A stretch of 63,008 nucleotides of DNA, filler included, from Stramenopiles sp. TOSAG23-6 (Eukaryota), in NCBI GenBank assembly GCA_900128565.1. It is 50 parts of 50 records of this genome, joined end to end, with 100 filler letters (N's around TTAATTAATTAA, not from the genome) between each part and the next. Parts side by side here need not be neighbours in the genome. Positions count along the whole stretch, not along the records: positions 49,310 to 50,466 come from LT639579.1; positions 50,567 to 51,723 come from LT639580.1; positions 51,824 to 52,980 come from LT639581.1; positions 53,081 to 54,236 come from LT639582.1; positions 54,337 to 55,491 come from LT639583.1; positions 55,592 to 56,746 come from LT639584.1; positions 56,847 to 57,999 come from LT639585.1; positions 58,100 to 59,252 come from LT639586.1; 42 more parts are not named here. One strand, 5' to 3'. Below the pieces are notes generated by a model, which searched no databases, was not told the DNA's origin, and saw nothing but the letters and a program-made list of their open reading frames with translations. The translations under genes were made by a program, and so were the position numbers. Below are positions 49,432-62,037 of this stretch, in pieces; within the stretch, counting starts at the first letter, position 1; every line of letters starts with the position of its first letter.

Positions 49432-49959
49432 GAAAGAGAAAGATCAAATTTAGCTTGGGATAAAAAACAACAACAACAACAACAACAACAAAATATTCAG
49501 CACTATAAAACTAAAACATCCAAACATTTTAACCCTAACCCTAACCCTACAACATTTAATAATACTAGTCAAATATCAAAAGGTTCATTTGAACAATCAT
49601 TTAAAGTACAAAAATCTTCTTCTTTTGTACATAGTACTACAGAAACTCATTGGAGAAACCCACAAAATATTAAAAATATTAAAAATATGAAAAATATGAA
49701 AAATAGTAAAAATATTAAAAATACACGAAATATTTATCATGGGTCAGGAAGAATTCCGCCACGTGGCACACCACCAATACGAAGTTTTAATACAAAAAAT
49801 ACATACAGACACAGAAATGATTCTCTTTCGTCTACTACACGAAATCTTAATATCCTGGAAAATAGAACTTCACATCGTAACCCTAACCCTAATGAAAGAA
49901 GGACAACAAGAACATTACGTAGGACAAAATCATATACAAATGTAAGGTATAAACCCTAA
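49432..49959 (+). CDS. Low-complexity terminal exon with Gln and Asn-Pro tracts
   Basis: Follows an introner-type 3' end; a tandem duplication spans the stop codon. Confidence 0.45.
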   Translation, partial: ERERSNLAWDKKQQQQQQQQNIQHYKTKTSKHFNPNPNPTTFNNTSQISKGSFEQSFKVQKSSSFVHSTTETHWRNPQNIKNIKNMKNMKNSKNIKNTRNIYHGSGRIPPRGTPPIRSFNTKNTYRHRNDSLSSTTRNLNILENRTSHRNPNPNERRTTRTLRRTKSYTNVRYKP

Positions 49960-50631
49960 CCCTAATGAAAGAAGGACAACAAGAACATTACGTAGGACGA
50001 AATCATATACAAATGTGTAAGGTATAAACCATCATAAGTCTTTTTAAAAATTATGTAGGATTACATTGTATACAAATGTGTAAGGTATAAACCATCATAA
50101 GTCTTTAAAAATAAAATAAAAAATAAATCATTATACAATCATTTTACGTAGTATGAAACATTTTACTATTAAGAATAACATTACTTATATTCAACGTTTC
50201 ATACTTTACAACTAGGTAGGTAATAACTAGTGCTCTACGTATCTTTAGATTCTGTACCATTTTTTTGTACTTTGTTTTTTAGGTATGAAAAAATGGTACG
50301 GAATCCCCTACTTGATTATATTGAGGAATTAATTAAGTCTACTTTTACAATTTACTTGATGTGAAGATGATTATATTTTATTTGTTATATTTTTATTTTT
50401 TTTTTATGTATGGACACAACCACCATACATTCATTTATTTTGTCCCTAGGAAGACATCCTCTTCCTNNNNNNNNNNNNNNNNNNNNNNNNNNNNNNNNNN
50501 NNNNNNNNNNTTAATTAATTAANNNNNNNNNNNNNNNNNNNNNNNNNNNNNNNNNNNNNNNNNNNNTACCTAACAATTTTTTTTTTTTTTTACGGAAAAA
50601 AAAAATTTTGAAATATTTTTCCAAAATATAG

Positions 50632-51561
50632 GTGTTGGTACTGGTACAATGATGGGTGAAATTGATGTTGAAAAAAATGGCGAATCTCCACAGATTTTTT
50701 ATAATGATGATGAGGAAGATATTGAAAGCAGACCAAATAGTTCATGGTCAACACAGTCAAGTTTTCAACAACACCAAAAAGAAAAAAAAGCAAATAAAAT
50801 ACGTCAAATGATTGATCAAAATACAAAACAAAATAATTATGAAAAAAAACAAAACCCTAACCCTAATAATGAAAACACTAACCCTAATCCTAATGAAAAT
50901 CCTAATGATAATCCTAGTCCTACTAATGATGATGATGATGATTCTGATGATGACATCATTGCGATACGTAATATGAATGAATCTGGAAATGGTAGTACAT
51001 TTACAACGACATCATTGGACAGTTTTGTGCGTGTCTGGGACATTGGACCTGGAACATGTACGTTTTCATCATGAATTTATTAATTTAATTTTTTTTTTTT
51101 GGTTTTTTTTTTTTGGTTTTTTTTCGTAAAAAAATTTCGTACCTAACGATATTTTTTTTTTTGGTANAATTCGTGTTTTTTCACAATACATGTGTAGCAA
51201 AACTCGATGAAGTTCATACAGCCCATGTAACACAATCGTTACTCAATATCGATGGTACAAAATTATTTACATCTTCTGAAGATAAAACAATAAAAATTTG
51301 GAAAAGAGAATCAAATCAAATGTATGAAACTATACAAACTTTAGTAGGACATAATAAATCGATTTCGTGTTTATGCACATGTATGTCAACAACCTTTGAT
51401 GTTGATGAATTATTTATGGAAGATAAAAATACTAAAAATACTGAAAATAGTAAAAATAGTTTAAGTGAACACTATTTATTTAGTGGTTCTATTGATACTA
51501 CAATAAAAATGTGGAGCGTGGGTGGTACCGAAACATCTGGGAAACTCATTCGGACATTAAT
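50632..51561 (+). CDS. WD40-repeat protein fragment; intron at 51058-51191 (GT...AT)
   Basis: TTSLDSFVRVWDIGPGT|CVAKL..HT...FTSSEDKTIKIW...LVGH...FSGSIDTTIKMW. Confidence 0.85.
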
Positions 51562-51823
51562 GTATGTTTTATTTTTTTTTTTTTTTAAACCAAAAAAAAA
51601 AAAATCGAATTTTTTTTTTTTTTTGGAAAAAAAATTTTTTACCAAAAAATTTTTTTTTTTTTTTTTTTTCAAAAAAAAAAAAAAAAAATTTGTACCTAAC
51701 AAAAAAAATTTTGAAATATTTTTNNNNNNNNNNNNNNNNNNNNNNNNNNNNNNNNNNNNNNNNNNNNTTAATTAATTAANNNNNNNNNNNNNNNNNNNNN
51801 NNNNNNNNNNNNNNNNNNNNNNN

Positions 51824-52980
51824 TAAATCATCATCATTGTCATTCACAACAAGAGACTGTAAAAGCGTTTTCACTAAAAATTTTCCAGGTTTCCTATAGG
51901 GTTGTACTATAGGCAAGCCTAAAGGAGATATCCAAGTTAAGGGTTGTTCTTGTTTGCCAATGACATCAGCAATATCCGTCAACCATGTTTTTACACCATT
52001 TGCACCTTCAAATAATTCGCCTAAGGAATTTAAAGTTAATTTACATACAAATGCTGATGCTGAGAATATCTCTTCTTCAGTGACATGTTCAAGTGGACCA
52101 CCGGGATCATTCAAAGATCGTAGTTGTGAATAAATTTGCGCTTTACCGCCTAGAAATGTAACACCATATACTGATGTCATTACAGTTTGCTTTACGGTTT
52201 TTCTAGTTAAATGACCATTTACTAAGTTAGCCATGTTAAAATCGTGAGCTTTCAAAGCCGTTTGAGTATCAGTTAGTGTTTCAGCGTCTGTAGGCTCTGG
52301 ACCTTCGAGGATAATATCATCAATTTTTTGTTTCACAATATCTAATACACCTGAATACACATCACCAGGCTTTGGACCTTGAATAAGATTCACACTTGCT
52401 CCACCTTTAGTATCTCTTCCCAAAGCTGCATAATGTTGAAGACCATTGCAACTTCCATCCATATGAACAGGCACAGACGATTCATATTGAGTTGGGTCGT
52501 CGGATTCCCATGCAGCAGCAAGGTCAATTGCAGTTGCAAGAGCTTGAAGAGGTGAGTCGGCTTCAAGCCACCATCTAGAGTCACCCTCGCCTAACGGATC
52601 TTTTGCAATGGCCATGATTTTATGTCGATTCAATTCAGTAAATTCTGCACGCTCATTTAAACTACACTTGTCATTACCAAATAAATTTGACAATTGAACC
52701 TTCATNNNNNNNNNNNNNNNNNNNNNNNNNNNNNNNNNNNNNNNNNNNNNNNNNNNNNNNNNNNNNNNNNGTGGTATCGGATACACTCTACCACGAAAAT
52801 CAAGGTTAAAAGGAAAATAAAAATGACGTTCATCACGAAATTTTTCAGCAATATTCAATTTTAGTAGGAAATCACAACGTTGCGCATGTAAATCCATATT
52901 ACGTCTTTGCCATCGTCTGGTCTCTTTAACTTGTTTCTCATAAACATCTTTTTCTTCAAAATATTTCTTTGCATCTTTTT
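51824..52980 (-). CDS. POLRMT: Phage-type (mitochondrial) DNA-directed RNA polymerase fragment
   Basis: NLDFRGRVYP, PVHMDGSCNGLQHYAALGRD, TRKTVKQTVMTSVYGVT, WISPLGLPIVQPY. Confidence 0.95.
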
Positions 52981-53145
52981 NNNNNNNNNNNNNNNNNNNN
53001 NNNNNNNNNNNNNNNNNNNNNNNNTTAATTAATTAANNNNNNNNNNNNNNNNNNNNNNNNNNNNNNNNNNNNNNNNNNNNTTAGGTACAACATTTCGTAC
53101 GAAAAAAAAATTCGATTTTTTTGTTAAAAAAAAAATAAAACATAC

Positions 53146-54171
53146 ATGGTCCAGCTAAAACACAACGATATTTATTCCATAAAAATAGTGGTGTTCCAGG
53201 TCGAATGCTAGAAACGCCACATGTATCATGAAAAAATATTCAAAACGAAAATTGTTAGGTACAAAATTTGTTATAAAAATTAATTTATACTAAAAACTCA
53301 AAAAAAAACTAAAAAAAAAAAAAACTCAAAAAAAAACTCAAAAAAAAACTCAAAAAAAAACTCAAAAAAAAATTGAAAAAAAACTCAAAAAAATAAAATT
53401 GAAATTCATAATAAAAAGAAAACACACGATATCGTAAATGATGTCTACCTCCAAATAACTTTAAATCGAGACACTGATTGACAGTTTTGTTATCGCAAAT
53501 AAACATGTATTAAGAAAAAATATTTTTTTTAGTAAAAACAATAGTTAGCTACAAAATTTTCTATGAAAAAAAAAAAAAGGTTTTGATGATGAAAAAAGTA
53601 CATAAATGCAACATTTTCTCTACTTGCTACATCATAATCTAAATGTCTATTCTGTTCATTATAACTTTGACTGTCTGGTTCATTATCACTTTGTAATTTC
53701 TTTTCCACAGGCTTATACTTAAGAGTGTTTTTCAAACTTTCAAAAGCTGTGAAAAATATTTTTTAACATAAAATGTTTAGGTACAGAATTTTCATACTAA
53801 AATAAAAAAATTGAAATTGATGACACAAACGTACGTGTTCGTTATCTGTAAGAATCCCAACTGAATATTTTTTTTTAACAATATCTATCCGACACAATGA
53901 CGCAAATTTCACGTATAGTGGATAATATTTCAAAAAATAAATCGTTAGGTACAAAATTTTCTAGGAAAAAATTTCAAATTAAAATGAAAACGTCTAAAAA
54001 AAATCGTAAAGGTACAAAATTTCGTATGAAAAAAAATAAATTCAAAATTGAAATGAAAACAAACACCTGTACGGGAAACTTTTTCATCCATATTCCCTTT
54101 ACAATATTTTCTTCTGCTTTCCCTTGAGCATTGTATGGTCCTTGTATAGTCTGATTAGTCTGATTATAGAG
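53146..54171 (-). CDS. Protein with two DCD-like domains, multi-exon
   Basis: LYN...IQGPY.A....EENI...W..KFPVQ|VKF and AFM|FICDNKT..QCL..KLFG...SIRPGTPLFLWN. Confidence 0.7.
53911..54064 (-). mobile_element. Introner-family intron with a GT duplication (GT...GT, or GT...AC in the shifted register)
   Basis: CAG GT|GTTTGTTTT...CACTATAC-GT|G AAA TTT restores FPVQVKF. Confidence 0.75.
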
Positions 54172-54336
54172 ATGTATTGTAGAAAAATATTTCAAAAAAA
54201 AAAAACTTAAATTTGTTAGGTACAAAATTTCGTACGNNNNNNNNNNNNNNNNNNNNNNNNNNNNNNNNNNNNNNNNNNNNTTAATTAATTAANNNNNNNN
54301 NNNNNNNNNNNNNNNNNNNNNNNNNNNNNNNNNNNN

Positions 54337-55491
54337 GTTATTATTGTTATTACTATTGTTATTATTACTATTGTTATTATTGTTATTACTAGTATTATTA
54401 TTATTATTATTATTACTATTGTTATTACTATTATTAGTCCAATCGACCAGAAAAGCAATGACATGCTCCCGTATTAAATTGACTACTTTATATACAACAC
54501 ATTCCTTTTCCCATACAGAACACTTTTTCATAATAAAATCTTCAATATTAGAAAGAACCTCTGTTCCAAGCCAATTACCAACAGAACTAACATTTATTTT
54601 TGGTCCTGATTTTTCTGGATAATATTCGCTAAATTGAACACTGAGTACTAAAGGAGGGACATGTACAACACGTATTGAAGACGCTTTCCAAGAAGAAAAT
54701 GTTGCATTTCCTAAATATTGATTATTTATAATTTTTGCAATCTCAATATTTTCCTTTTTCTTTTTCTTTTCAAGCAAGACTTCAGTCTTTGCTTCTTTTG
54801 CTAATTGTATTTGTTCCTCTGCATGTTGTTGGGCAAAATAAATAGTTTCTTGTTTATGATTGACTTTTGCCAAAGCTATTCTTGCATCTATATCTAGTGG
54901 TGACGTATAATCGAAATTAACCACTTGTTCTTCTACCTGTTTGTGCTCAATCAATGTGAAAAAATATTTCAAATAAAAAAAATCATTAGGTACAAAATTT
55001 CGTATGAAAAAAAAATCGAAATTGAAATGAAAACGTTCTTGGTTAGTTTTCAATCGCTCAATTTCACGAATTGTTTCTAATGCTTCCAAGTCAGCTACAA
55101 TTGCCCGATGTTCTGCGATCTCTATACATTTTGTGAAAATATTTTAAATTTGAGATTCTTTAGATATGAAATATAAGAAAAAAAATCATTAGGTACAAAA
55201 TTTCGTACCAAAAAAAAAAAATTGAAATTCATGATAAAAACGTACATGGATAAGTTATCTAAATCATAAATAGACATTCCTTCGCTCTGAAGTAATTGAA
55301 ACGTTTCTTCAAGCGAAAATAACTTTTCTTGAGCTTCTAAAAGAGGAACATTTGTTTGTTTATTTTGTTTCATATTCTTTTGTGCATTATTATTTTGTGT
55401 CATGGCTTGCTTTGACTCCACTGGAACTGCCACACTTTGCTTTGACTCCACTGGAACTGCCACACTTTGCTTTGACTCCACTGGAACTGCC
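54337..55491 (-). CDS. RWD-domain protein fragment (RNF14-like); intron at 55124-55245 (GT...AT)
   Basis: DLEALETI...VVHVPPLVLSVQFSEYYP...P.I.V....WL...ECVVYKVVNLIREH. Confidence 0.7.
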
Positions 55492-55591
55492 NNNNNNNNN
55501 NNNNNNNNNNNNNNNNNNNNNNNNNNNNNNNNNNNTTAATTAATTAANNNNNNNNNNNNNNNNNNNNNNNNNNNNNNNNNNNNNNNNNNNN

Positions 55592-56746
55592 GTTATTATT
55601 GTTATTACTATTGTTATTATTACTATTGTTATTATTGTTATTACTAGTATTATTATTATTATTATTATTACTATTGTTATTACTATTATTAGTCCAATCG
55701 ACCAGAAAAGCAATGACATGCTCCCGTATTAAATTGACTACTTTATATACAACACATTCCTTTTCCCATACAGAACACTTTTTCATAATAAAATCTTCAA
55801 TATTAGAAAGAACCTCTGTTCCAAGCCAATTACCAACAGAACTAACATTTATTTTTGGTCCTGATTTTTCTGGATAATATTCGCTAAATTGAACACTGAG
55901 TACTAAAGGAGGGACATGTACAACACGTATTGAAGACGCTTTCCAAGAAGAAAATGTTGCATTTCCTAAATATTGATTATTTATAATTTTTGCAATCTCA
56001 ATATTTTCCTTTTTCTTTTTCTTTTCAAGCAAGACTTCAGTCTTTGCTTCTTTTGCTAATTGTATTTGTTCCTCTGCATGTTGTTGGGCAAAATAAATAG
56101 TTTCTTGTTTATGATTGACTTTTGCCAAAGCTATTCTTGCATCTATATCTAGTGGTGACGTATAATCGAAATTAACCACTTGTTCTTCTACCTGTTTGTG
56201 CTCAATCAATGTGAAAAAATATTTCAAATAAAAAAAATCATTAGGTACAAAATTTCGTATGAAAAAAAAATCGAAATTGAAATGAAAACGTTCTTGGTTA
56301 GTTTTCAATCGCTCAATTTCACGAATTGTTTCTAATGCTTCCAAGTCAGCTACAATTGCCCGATGTTCTGCGATCTCTATACATTTTGTGAAAATATTTT
56401 AAATTTGAGATTCTTTAGATATGAAATATAAGAAAAAAAATCATTAGGTACAAAATTTCGTACCAAAAAAAAAAAATTGAAATTCATGATAAAAACGTAC
56501 ATGGATAAGTTATCTAAATCATAAATAGACATTCCTTCGCTCTGAAGTAATTGAAACGTTTCTTCAAGCGAAAATAACTTTTCTTGAGCTTCTAAAAGAG
56601 GAACATTTGTTTGTTTATTTTGTTTCATATTCTTTTGTGCATTATTATTTTGTGTCATGGCTTGCTTTGACTCCACTGGAACTGCCACACTTTGCTTTGA
56701 CTCCACTGGAACTGCCACACTTTGCTTTGACTCCACTGGAACTGCC
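55592..56746. repeat. Exact duplicate of contig 54337-55491
   Basis: Same 1155-nt length and ends; identical ORF translations. Confidence 0.95.
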
Positions 56747-56867
56747 NNNNNNNNNNNNNNNNNNNNNNNNNNNNNNNNNNNNNNNNNNNNTTAATTAATT
56801 AANNNNNNNNNNNNNNNNNNNNNNNNNNNNNNNNNNNNNNNNNNNNAAATTTTTTTTTTTTTTTTTT

Positions 56868-56909
<42 letters not shown>

Positions 56910-57957
56910 CTTTTTGTTGTGTTTCAAAACTATTTTCACAATATATGCTATGAAAATTCATACTTTTTAGGTTCAAGTGGCGGACATCATGATGCCTTGA
57001 AACATGGAGGATATAGTTGCTCCAAGGGAAAATCATCATTTTATGAAGAATTTTATCTTAAAACTTGTGGACCAAATGGGAAAATTATATGTGGTCAATA
57101 TGGTGCTTGTACATGATGAAGCCTAACCCTATTTGTTTTTTTTGGTTTTTTTCGATTTGAACAAAAAAAACAAAAAAAAATCTTTTATTACTTTAATAAA
57201 ATCTTGTATACACAAACAAAAAAAGTTGACATTTTTTTTTCCTATTCTATTCTAAAAGATTTTTTTTTAAAACTTTTGAAATCAATACAATTCTGTGTAA
57301 AGTCATTTATACACATTAAAATTTTTGAATTTTTAAACATTCGAAATCAATAATTTGTTGTAAAGTCATTCAAACACATTAAAATTTTTGAATTTGTTTT
57401 TAAAAATTCACTTTCCTACCCAATAATTCTTTGTAAAGTCATTTTCATGAAATTTTTTTAATTTTCCCATAACCTCCTCAGGTTGTACAATAGTAGTATT
57501 GATATCAGGTGGTAAAAAAACTTTATCATATTTTAGAAAATTATAATGAATCTCATTACAAATACCACGAAAATGATGAGATTGTAAATAATGCATTGCT
57601 TTGTTACATGTTTTTAGAACTTTTTTTAGAACTTTTCTATTGCATATATTCGAATTCGCATTCTTGTTGCATGAGGAGGGATCTTGTGAATTCTCAGCAC
57701 GACAACTGTTTTGTTTTTTTTCACTTGCTTCTTCTACAACATTTTTGCAAAATTTTTTCAGTTCAACATTACCTTTTTCTTGAGCTTCTTCACATCCATT
57801 ACTCATTTCAGTCATTTTTTTGGATATTGGAGAAAAAAAAGTAACATTTTTCAATTTTTTCATATTTAGTAAAACTTCTTTTTTCTTCTCCTATATTTTG
57901 GAAAAATATTTCAAAATTTTCTTAAAAAAAAAATTGTTAGGTATAAAATTTACTATG

Positions 57958-57999
<42 letters not shown>

Positions 58000-58195
58000 N
58001 NNNNNNNNNNNNNNNNNNNNNNNNNNNNNNNNNNNNNNNNNNNTTAATTAATTAANNNNNNNNNNNNNNNNNNNNNNNNNNNNNNNNNNNNNNNNNNNNA
58101 AAATATTTCAAAAAAAAAAACTAAAATTTGTTAGGTACAAAATTTCGTACGAAAACCAAAACAAAAAATTAAAAATTAAAAAAAAATAAAACGTA

Positions 58196-59124
58196 CATAC
58201 TATTTTCTGGAATATCAAATAAATTAGCTAATTTCTTCACTTCTTCAGAATCTATTCCAGGGAACATCAGCAGTAAGATCGATAAAAGCCGTTCCTTTAC
58301 AATATCAGGAACATTATGTGTTTTACAAAAATATGTCAAATTAAATTTTTATTGTAGGAAAATCGTATGAAAAATAAATTTTCTAGGAAAAAAATAAAAT
58401 TGAAATGAGTGATGAAAATAAGCATTAAAAAAAAAAATCTTTTTTGTTTTTTTGTTTTTTTGTTTTTTTGTTTTTTTGTTTTTTTGTTTAGGTATGAAAT
58501 TTCGTATGAAAACCAAAAAAAAAAAAAAATGAAATTCATGATGAAAACAAACATTTGCATCATCATCTTTTGTATTCATATTATAGTAACTATACGCGCC
58601 TCTACTAAACTCATCTTCACCCCATCGAGTCACATGAGAAAACACCAAAACACTTCCACATATAGATTTCGTGTTTTCATTACTTTTGTGAATTGGATGA
58701 TTTAGATTCATTTTGATCAATTTTTTTTTTTTCGTGGATTTCGTGGGATTAGGGTTAGGGTTTTCAAACATTTCTTTCAAACTACATAATGCTGCAATAA
58801 CAATTTCATTGTCAGTCAAATCTCTAATTTTAAGTGCTTCATTGCCAACAATTGATGCAGATAAGACAGGTATTCCTTTCAATTTATAATGATTTTCAAA
58901 TACACTCACTTTCAAATGTTTAGGGTTAGGGTTAGGGTTAGGGTTAGGGTGTATAGTAGACAGATTCTTCTCGAGTGTGTGAAGTTGGTTAGGGTTAATA
59001 TTGGCTAAAAAAGGAGCATTTTTTGGCCAAAAACAAGATTCAAATTGAAGAATAATTTTTGTGTATTCACACACACCAATACGTTGAATAGCATTTTGTT
59101 TTTTTATTGGAAGAGGTGGATGAA
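58196..59124 (-). CDS. Flavin amine oxidase family fragment (polyamine oxidase/LSD1-like); intron at 58316-58552
   Basis: FHPPLPIKKQNAIQRIG...TKIILQF...FW; VTRWGEDEFSRGAYSY. Confidence 0.85.
58921..58950 (-). repeat. Longest in-exon telomere-like tract, (CCCTAA) x5, encoding PNPNPNPNP
   Basis: TAGGGTTAGGGTTAGGGTTAGGGTTAGGGT inside the amine oxidase ORF. Confidence 0.9.
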
Positions 59125-59188
59125 ATGTAATTTTGAGAAAATATTTAAAAAAAAATGAAAAATTTTGTTAGGTACAAAATTATCTACG

Positions 59189-59228
<40 letters not shown>

Positions 59229-59352
59229 GAATTTTTTTTTTTTTGGAAAAAANNNNNNNNNNNNNNNNNNNNNNNNNNNNNNNNNNNNNNNNNNNNTTAA
59301 TTAATTAANNNNNNNNNNNNNNNNNNNNNNNNNNNNNNNNNNNNNNNNNNNN

Positions 59353-60330
59353 AACAATTTTATTTTGATTATCTTCGCCACCTTCTGATATGTGTGTCAG
59401 TACACAAAGCGCACCCCGGACAACAATTACGTCATTGCTTCTCAATAATTCTACAATCACTTCAAGTCCAGCGCTTAGCTCAATAATTCGGTACCAGTTT
59501 TCTGAAATCAAAGGGGTAATATTTCTCAGTACACCAATGGCTGCTCTGACAACATCAATTCTATCATGAGACAAAAAGGCTACGATCTTTTCGCTTTTAC
59601 TCCCAACCAACAAATTTTGTTCTTTGTTCAATGGAATAATTGATGAAATATTTTCCAACAACTCCAGTGTCTTTAGCTTCAAGATGATATTAGCATCACC
59701 ATCATCAAGTATTGGTAAAATATTCGAGATGACATCTGTCTCTTGAATTCGCTGTTTAATTAAAGAATTTCCGATCGAGAGATGGAGCAGCAAAGAAAGT
59801 ACAAGGTCGGTAATTTGAGCGTTATTTCTATCCAGTACTGATACAATCTTTGAAATCGCACTAACCTCCCCAAGTTTTTTCTTATCTGCCCAATTGCTTC
59901 TTGAGAGAGTGTTCATTAAAGTAAGTGCAAGTTCAGTAATTTGAACATCGGCTCTATCCAATACGGATAAGATTAATTTAATTGCACCAAACTTCCCAAT
60001 CTGCTTTTGGTGTTGAAAATTGTTCTTTGAGATATATTTCAGTGCAGCAAGTGCAGTTTTCACAATATTATCATCAGTACTAGCCAAGCATTTCGTAATA
60101 TTCAACAAAAGTTCATGAGAAGTTCTTGGTACACTATGAAGAAGGAAATTGCAATGTTCAATACCCCTTTCAACGTTAGCTATAAACAATAACAAAGAGT
60201 TTTCTTCAGATAAATGGTTTATTTTTGTCCGTTTTCGTGGGCGAAGACTGGGGGGTGACATAATAGCTGCATTGACCAGTGTAAGGTAACAAGAGGTCAA
60301 AGTTATGAAAAGGCAAAGTGTATTATGCAT
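59353..60330 (-). CDS. Armadillo-repeat protein with a signal-peptide-like N-terminus (3' truncated)
   Basis: ~41-aa repeats such as GAIKLILSVLD...ELALTLMNTLS and VVRGALCVLTHIS. Confidence 0.8.
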
Positions 60331-60902
60331 AGTATCAATACAGTAAATTTAAAACTTATACGTACTAGTCGTAGTTACTACTGGTACAACGTGTAGGTAT
60401 ACCGGTATTACCACTTCTATATCCTTTGGTACGGACTGTGCACTGGCTCTCTAACGAAAAAAAGGCGAATTAATTTTTTAATTTATTGTGAAAAATATTT
60501 TTTTNNNNNNNNNNNNNNNNNNNNNNNNNNNNNNNNNNNNNNNNNNNNTTAATTAATTAANNNNNNNNNNNNNNNNNNNNNNNNNNNNNNNNNNNNNNNN
60601 NNNNGGACTGAAATGAGAGGTGAAATCATCTTCAACACTCTTCTGTCTGGGTTTCCAATCCAATATCACACAGAGATCATTCTGGGATACTTCCCGGCTA
60701 TCCGATGATGCTGACGTCGAGTCTGACTCTGACTGGACTGGAGTTCGAACTTCAAACGTAACACGAAATATTCAGCAGATTTCGATTTGCATATTAGCTA
60801 TTATTATCAGCTGACCTAGGAACTTCTTGACCGCTTGAGTTTTCTTCTCATAAAATTTCTATACACAAACAAAATAAGATAAAAGAGAAAAAGTCTTTAA
60901 CA

Positions 60903-61756
60903 ATGAAAGCAACACGTGTATTCTTTCAGTTGGTTTTACTTTATACCACAATGTTTATTGCACATGCCATGGAAACTCCTGAAGCAGCAGCAACGAAAAT
61001 TCAAGCTCACTTTCGTGGGAAAACAGGAAGAAGACAAGCAGCGAAAGCAAAAGAAGTAGCAGTAAGAGATGACGCACGTAAAGCAGCGACAACAACTGCT
61101 ATTTTAAACAATGTATCAACTCTAACAGAACTTCTCACTATAAATGACAATGTATCTCTTTCCACTACAAGTAAGACAATAAACAGCGAAGTAAATGACT
61201 TTGCTCGGCAAAGAGCGGATCGCATAATGTGGGAAGCTGTCAATGAAATTGGACAATACATCACTGAAGCCGGCACTGAAGAATTAAAAGAATCTACCGA
61301 AAAAAACAAAGGTGAACCTTTAAAGTGGCTGAATCGTCTACAAAGAATTCAGAGAATGTTTTTTCAAGTTTCCAATCCCTTCAACAAAACAAAAATCGCC
61401 CTTACACTGAAAGACAACGAAAGCCTTGATGAATGGCTAAACCGTGTAGAGCGTATGTTATCTATGTTATTGGAAAGAGAAGCTTTAACTGTATTGTACA
61501 AAAAAACAAATGGAGATGATTGGAGACATAATGAAAATTGGAACACAGATACCAATATTTGTATGTGGTATGGAGTCACGTGTACCGAAGGAAGTGTTAC
61601 TGAATTGAACTTGTACAACAACAACCTATCTGGTCCAATACCAAGGGAAATTGGTCGACTAACAAATCTCAAATATTTGTTCTTGTGCAACAACGATCTA
61701 TCTGGTCCAATTCCAACGGAAATTGGTCAACTAACAAAGCTTGAAGATATGAACTT
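60903..61756 (+). CDS. Signal peptide + IQ motif + plant-type LRR protein (3' truncated)
   Basis: AATKIQAHFRGKTGRR; ERE.L..LY..TNG..W....NW....ICMWYGVTC; LNLYNNNLSGPIPREIG. Confidence 0.85.
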
Positions 61757-62037
61757 NNNNNNNNNNNNNNNNNNNNNNNNNNNNNNNNNNNNNNNNNNNN
61801 TTAATTAATTAANNNNNNNNNNNNNNNNNNNNNNNNNNNNNNNNNNNNNNNNNNNNTTTTTTTTTTTTTTTTTTTTTTTTAATTTTTTTTTTTTTTTTTT
61901 TTTTGAATATTTCATAACAAAACTTCGTTTTAATTTATACAAATCAAAATATTAGTCTATTCATTTATTATACATATCTAAGAAGTATTACAATAAGCAG
62001 CACTGGAGGAAAGAGATCTACAACACTATCAATAAAT

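Noticed and set aside
54337-56746. Tandem gene duplication
   Set aside because: Two separate contigs with identical length and ends; assembly redundancy
1173-61856. Regularly spaced TTAATTAATTAA palindromes resembling a repeat array
   Set aside because: Always embedded in N runs; an artificial contig linker, so adjacency of genes across it has no biological meaning
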